Positions 60,457 through 64,000 of a stretch of DNA of 64,000 nucleotides are shown here, piece by piece. Within the stretch, counting starts at the first letter, position 1; every line of letters starts with the position of its first letter. Position numbers and translations under genes: made by a program. This DNA is from Azolla caroliniana (taxonomy: Eukaryota > Plantae > Polypodiophyta). The notes beneath the pieces are model-generated. The model was not told the origin of the DNA. It saw nothing but the letters and a program-made list of their open reading frames with translations, and did not search any database. Location of the stretch: assembly GCA_043228905.1 (NCBI GenBank), contig JBHGNT010000002.1:7068001-7132000 (forward strand). The letters run 5' to 3'.

Positions 60457-63199
60457 GGTTCTTTTGGCGGGTAGATCGACATAATTCGTGATTACCCAAT
60501 TTCGTGACCTTTTCAGCCGATTTCGACCTCTTCTGCGGAGGTTCCTTCTCGACTGGCTCGAGGTCAGATTCGCTTCGAACTGACTTAGCACTACCGAATT
60601 CGTATTCTGGCGTCTACTTCTTCCCCTTCTGCTTGTGCGTAAACCGTCTCCTCGGTTCCTTACAGGGGGACAGCACGACCGAGTCTCCACCACTCGCCGT
60701 CTCATCATCTGGGTGGCCATCTTGGCCCAACCCCTCATTCAACCCACTTAGCCGAAGTGAGATCTGACTCTCTCTCAGAGCTCCAATATCCTTGTCATGT
60801 GGAGGCATTTCAGCCTCGCTGATCTCTTCTTCAGAAATCGGAATGGAGTCGTCAGGTATTGGAGAAGAAGGCAAGTACCATGAAGTGGACTCATCAAATA
60901 TGACGTCGCAGCTCACGCGTACTTCCTTTGTTTGAGGGTTATAACACTCATACCCTTTCTGTTCATCTGGATAGCTGACCAAGATACATTTCTCGGCTTT
61001 GGCATCCAGCTTCCTCCTCTTCTCTTTTGGCACGTGCACATACGCAATGCTGCCGAAAATCCTCAAGTGTGCCAGATTCGGCTTCTTTCCGAAATATAGT
61101 TCATGTGGCGACACCTCTCCATTGGCAGAAGTCCGATTCTGCAAGTAGACAACTGTTCTCACGGCTTCGGCCCAATAAAATTTTGGCATATGCTTCTCTT
61201 CAAGCATTGCCTTGGCCGCTTCTTCAATCGTCTGATTCTTCCGCTCGGCTACACCGTTCTGCTCCGGCGTATATCTACATGAGAATTCGCTTCAAATTCC
61301 CTCCTTCCGTAGATAACATGTGAACTGGTCGGAGAAGTACTCCTTCCCACCATCGGACCGTAAGCATTTGATCTTGCGCCCTGTTTTCCTTTCCGCAAGA
61401 CTCTTCACCTCCAGGAAACATGCGAACACTTCGCTCTTCTTCGCGATCGTGCATGCCCACGTGTGCCGAGTGAAATTGTCGATGAAGGTTACAAAGTAAC
61501 GGCTTCCACCGAGACTCACATCATGTGCTATGTCCCACATATCCGAATGGATCAAATCCAGCGGACTTCGACTACGATTACGCTCATTGGGGAATGGAAG
61601 TCGGTGCTGTTTTCCCATCTGACAGGCTTCCCAAACTTGGGCATTACGGCCCCGAAATTTCGGCAATCCGAACACGATGTTCTTCGTCTGCATTTCACGA
61701 AGCTGTGGGAAATTTATGTGTTCGAACCGCTTGTGCCACAGGTCGATGTCTGATTCGACCTTCTGTCCTTTCACAAACATAGCGGTGTCCACATTGTTGG
61801 TTTCGAGGATAAACATCCTCCCTTCTCGGCGCCCTTGCGCTATGACTTTTCCTTCTTCTTCGATGAGGAAACTGAGATGCGTGAATCGAACTTGCATAGC
61901 TTGGTCAACGATCTGACCGACAGACACAAGTATCTTTGTTATTGTCAGGACGTGCATCACATTCATGAGTTTCCCTTTCTGCCCGACGTGGCTGAGGGGA
62001 ACTTCGCCAACATGTTCGATGGTATGCGGGATGTTATCTCCCGTTTCGACAACCCCTCGTGATTCGAGCTTCTCCAAGTACGAGAACCATTCCTCGTGAC
62101 TTATCATATGATTCGACGCTCCGGAATCCACATACCACACCTCACTCGATTTCGAGGTGTTCACGGCCATTGAGTTGGCCTTATGCTTCATTACGAAGGC
62201 AGGGCCCGTTCCATTTCCGGCTCGTTCAGAGCCTTCCGTGTTCTCTTGCCGTCTTCCGGCGCCACCATGACTCCCCCTGCTTCTGGAGGGTTCGGAATTG
62301 CTTCCGACATCTCGATTATGCCATCCATTCTGCTCCTTTCGGCCGCCTCCATTGCGCGCTGATCCGCCTCGTCCACCACGACCACGGGGCCTATCATCCT
62401 CCGTGTAGAGCATCTTGCCATCGGCGTGCGCACTCGTTGACGCACCCGCATGGTTTTCCTCTACGAGCAACATTACCTAAAGCTCGAAAAACGAAAGCGT
62501 ATTCTCCCTGGTGCAGACCGCCGTTCGGAAAGCTCCGAAATTAGACGCTAACCCGCTAGGACAAACCTACACCATCTCGTCCTCCTTGACGTTCACATTG
62601 ACAGAGGCGAGTGAATCACAAATTTCTTTAATCTTGGTGGTGTAGTCAGCCACTGACATATCTCGTTGTCGTACATTGCTCAACTCTTGCCTAAGTTGAA
62701 GCTTCCTGGTTGTAGTGCTTGCGCTGAAGACCTTTTTTAGGTTTCCCCAAGATTCTTTGGGCATCTTGGCGTCTCGGATATGGCTCAACAGCTGGTCTTC
62801 GACACTGGACACAAAGCAATACATCACTCTGCTTACTGCTTGTTCCCACATTGGGAAGTCCTTGTGTGTCGCATCAAGTGTTGTGTCGTTAGCTATGTCG
62901 ACATAATTCCACTAGCCATGCCCAAGCAGGTACTAGTGCATCTTGTACGACCAAGATGCGAAGTTGGATCTGTTGAGTTTCTCCACAGGGAGCGAGCTAG
63001 CCATTCCTCAGTCCATATTACTATCTTTTTCTTTTCCGAACAAAAAAAACGAAGAACAACTTCAACTCTATTTTATCGCAAGCTTTCCTTGTCGGCTACA
63101 GAGGACTTCAACCCTCGCGCTCTGATACCATGTAAAAGAATAGCGTATGCGAAACACAGAGTACATAGTTCTGAAAACAAAAGAAAACATAGAGAGGGA

Positions 63200-63234
<35 letters not shown>

Positions 63235-63335
63235 CAACTTAGTTCTATTTCAAAATAATGGTACTTTGTACATAGGATGTGCTTAGTGAGCACTTTTATA
63301 CAAGTCCATACAGATTGACAAAAGTACTGACACGT

Positions 63336-64000
63336 TGTCATGCCTTTTGGCGCCAAATCACTATGTGAGTCAGGTGGGAACCACTGGGGTTTTGGACTAG
63401 GAGGAGGAGAGTTTTAAGGCTATTGTATTTATTAGATTATTCAATATTAAGATAAGAATATGAATTTGGATTAAAAGAGAGATATTAAAAACTGTGAATC
63501 CCACAAGTATAGATTATTAGATTTATTAATATTTAGAATCCTAATAACAATTTATCATAGATTGAAAGAGATAGATTTTATAAAACTTTGTGAATCCCAC
63601 GATTATATTTTATTAATTGGTGTTTTAGGAAATATATCCAATTTCCAAATATTCCACACCCCCCTATTACATTGTGCTCCCCATCCTTATATAGTGATGA
63701 GAGAGTCTTAATAATCCATGCTTTTTCTCTAACAATAGACTATATGCTTTATCTAACATACTTTTTCTAAAGTGATCTTGCTTTTTCTAACTTGATGTGT
63801 TTTTATCGACTATAGTGTTTATGCACGCTAGATGTGCATCTGTAGCTTTTTCTTTTATCATGCATTTTCTTCTAACTATAATTTATCCTAGCATGAACTT
63901 ACCTTTCTATGTGGGACATCTACATTATTATTATAAATGTTGTGTTAGTGTAATGGTAAGGCTTTACATTATTAATATGGAGGTGCAAGGTTCAAATCTT
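63336..64000. mobile_element. Probable LTR K inserted into the 5' LTR of Copia I; runs off the window
   Basis: Similarity to the partner LTR stops abruptly after GACACGT, and new sequence begins TGTCATG. The other end is not visible. Confidence 0.6.

Larger units (their letters stand above)
57039..63335 (-). mobile_element. Ty1/Copia element I (related to E), with its 5' LTR interrupted at 63336
   Basis: LTRs 57039-57404 and 63131-63335+. iMet PBS at 63119-63130. PPT TTGAGGGGGAG at about 57405-57415. gag from about 63017; VDSGASNHM; RSDGGKEY; YKARLVAKGY; TRPDLSY; DIFTKPL. Confidence 0.93.

Overview
Eukaryotic land-plant genomic DNA. The retroelement content suggests a seed-free plant such as a fern, but that is inference. 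There is one intact host gene: a two-exon LRR receptor-like kinase of subfamily XI, PSY-receptor-like (minus strand, 33574-30628 + 29322-28964, 1101 aa). The rest is mostly nested, decaying transposons, many with readable termini and target-site duplications (TSDs). These include four Tcn1-like chromoviruses, a tRNA-Trp-primed fungal-type (Ylt1-like) Gypsy with a 4-bp TSD, several Ty1/Copia elements, two solo LTRs, LINE fragments and a hAT MITE. The most unusual observation concerns two LTR elements with unrelated LTRs (6758-18578 and 45982-48885). Both carry the same 22-nt tRNA-Arg-like 3' end (GCACTGTCCCACAGGCGTGCCA) where the polypurine tract (PPT) should be. The first element has inverted tRNA-Arg primer-binding sites (PBS) at both ends of its internal region and no PPT, which suggests tRNA priming of both cDNA strands. 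Also visible are a Tf1-type self-priming signal and a -1 frameshift pseudoknot in the chromoviruses, and a telomere-repeat filler inside a reverse transcriptase (RT) gene.
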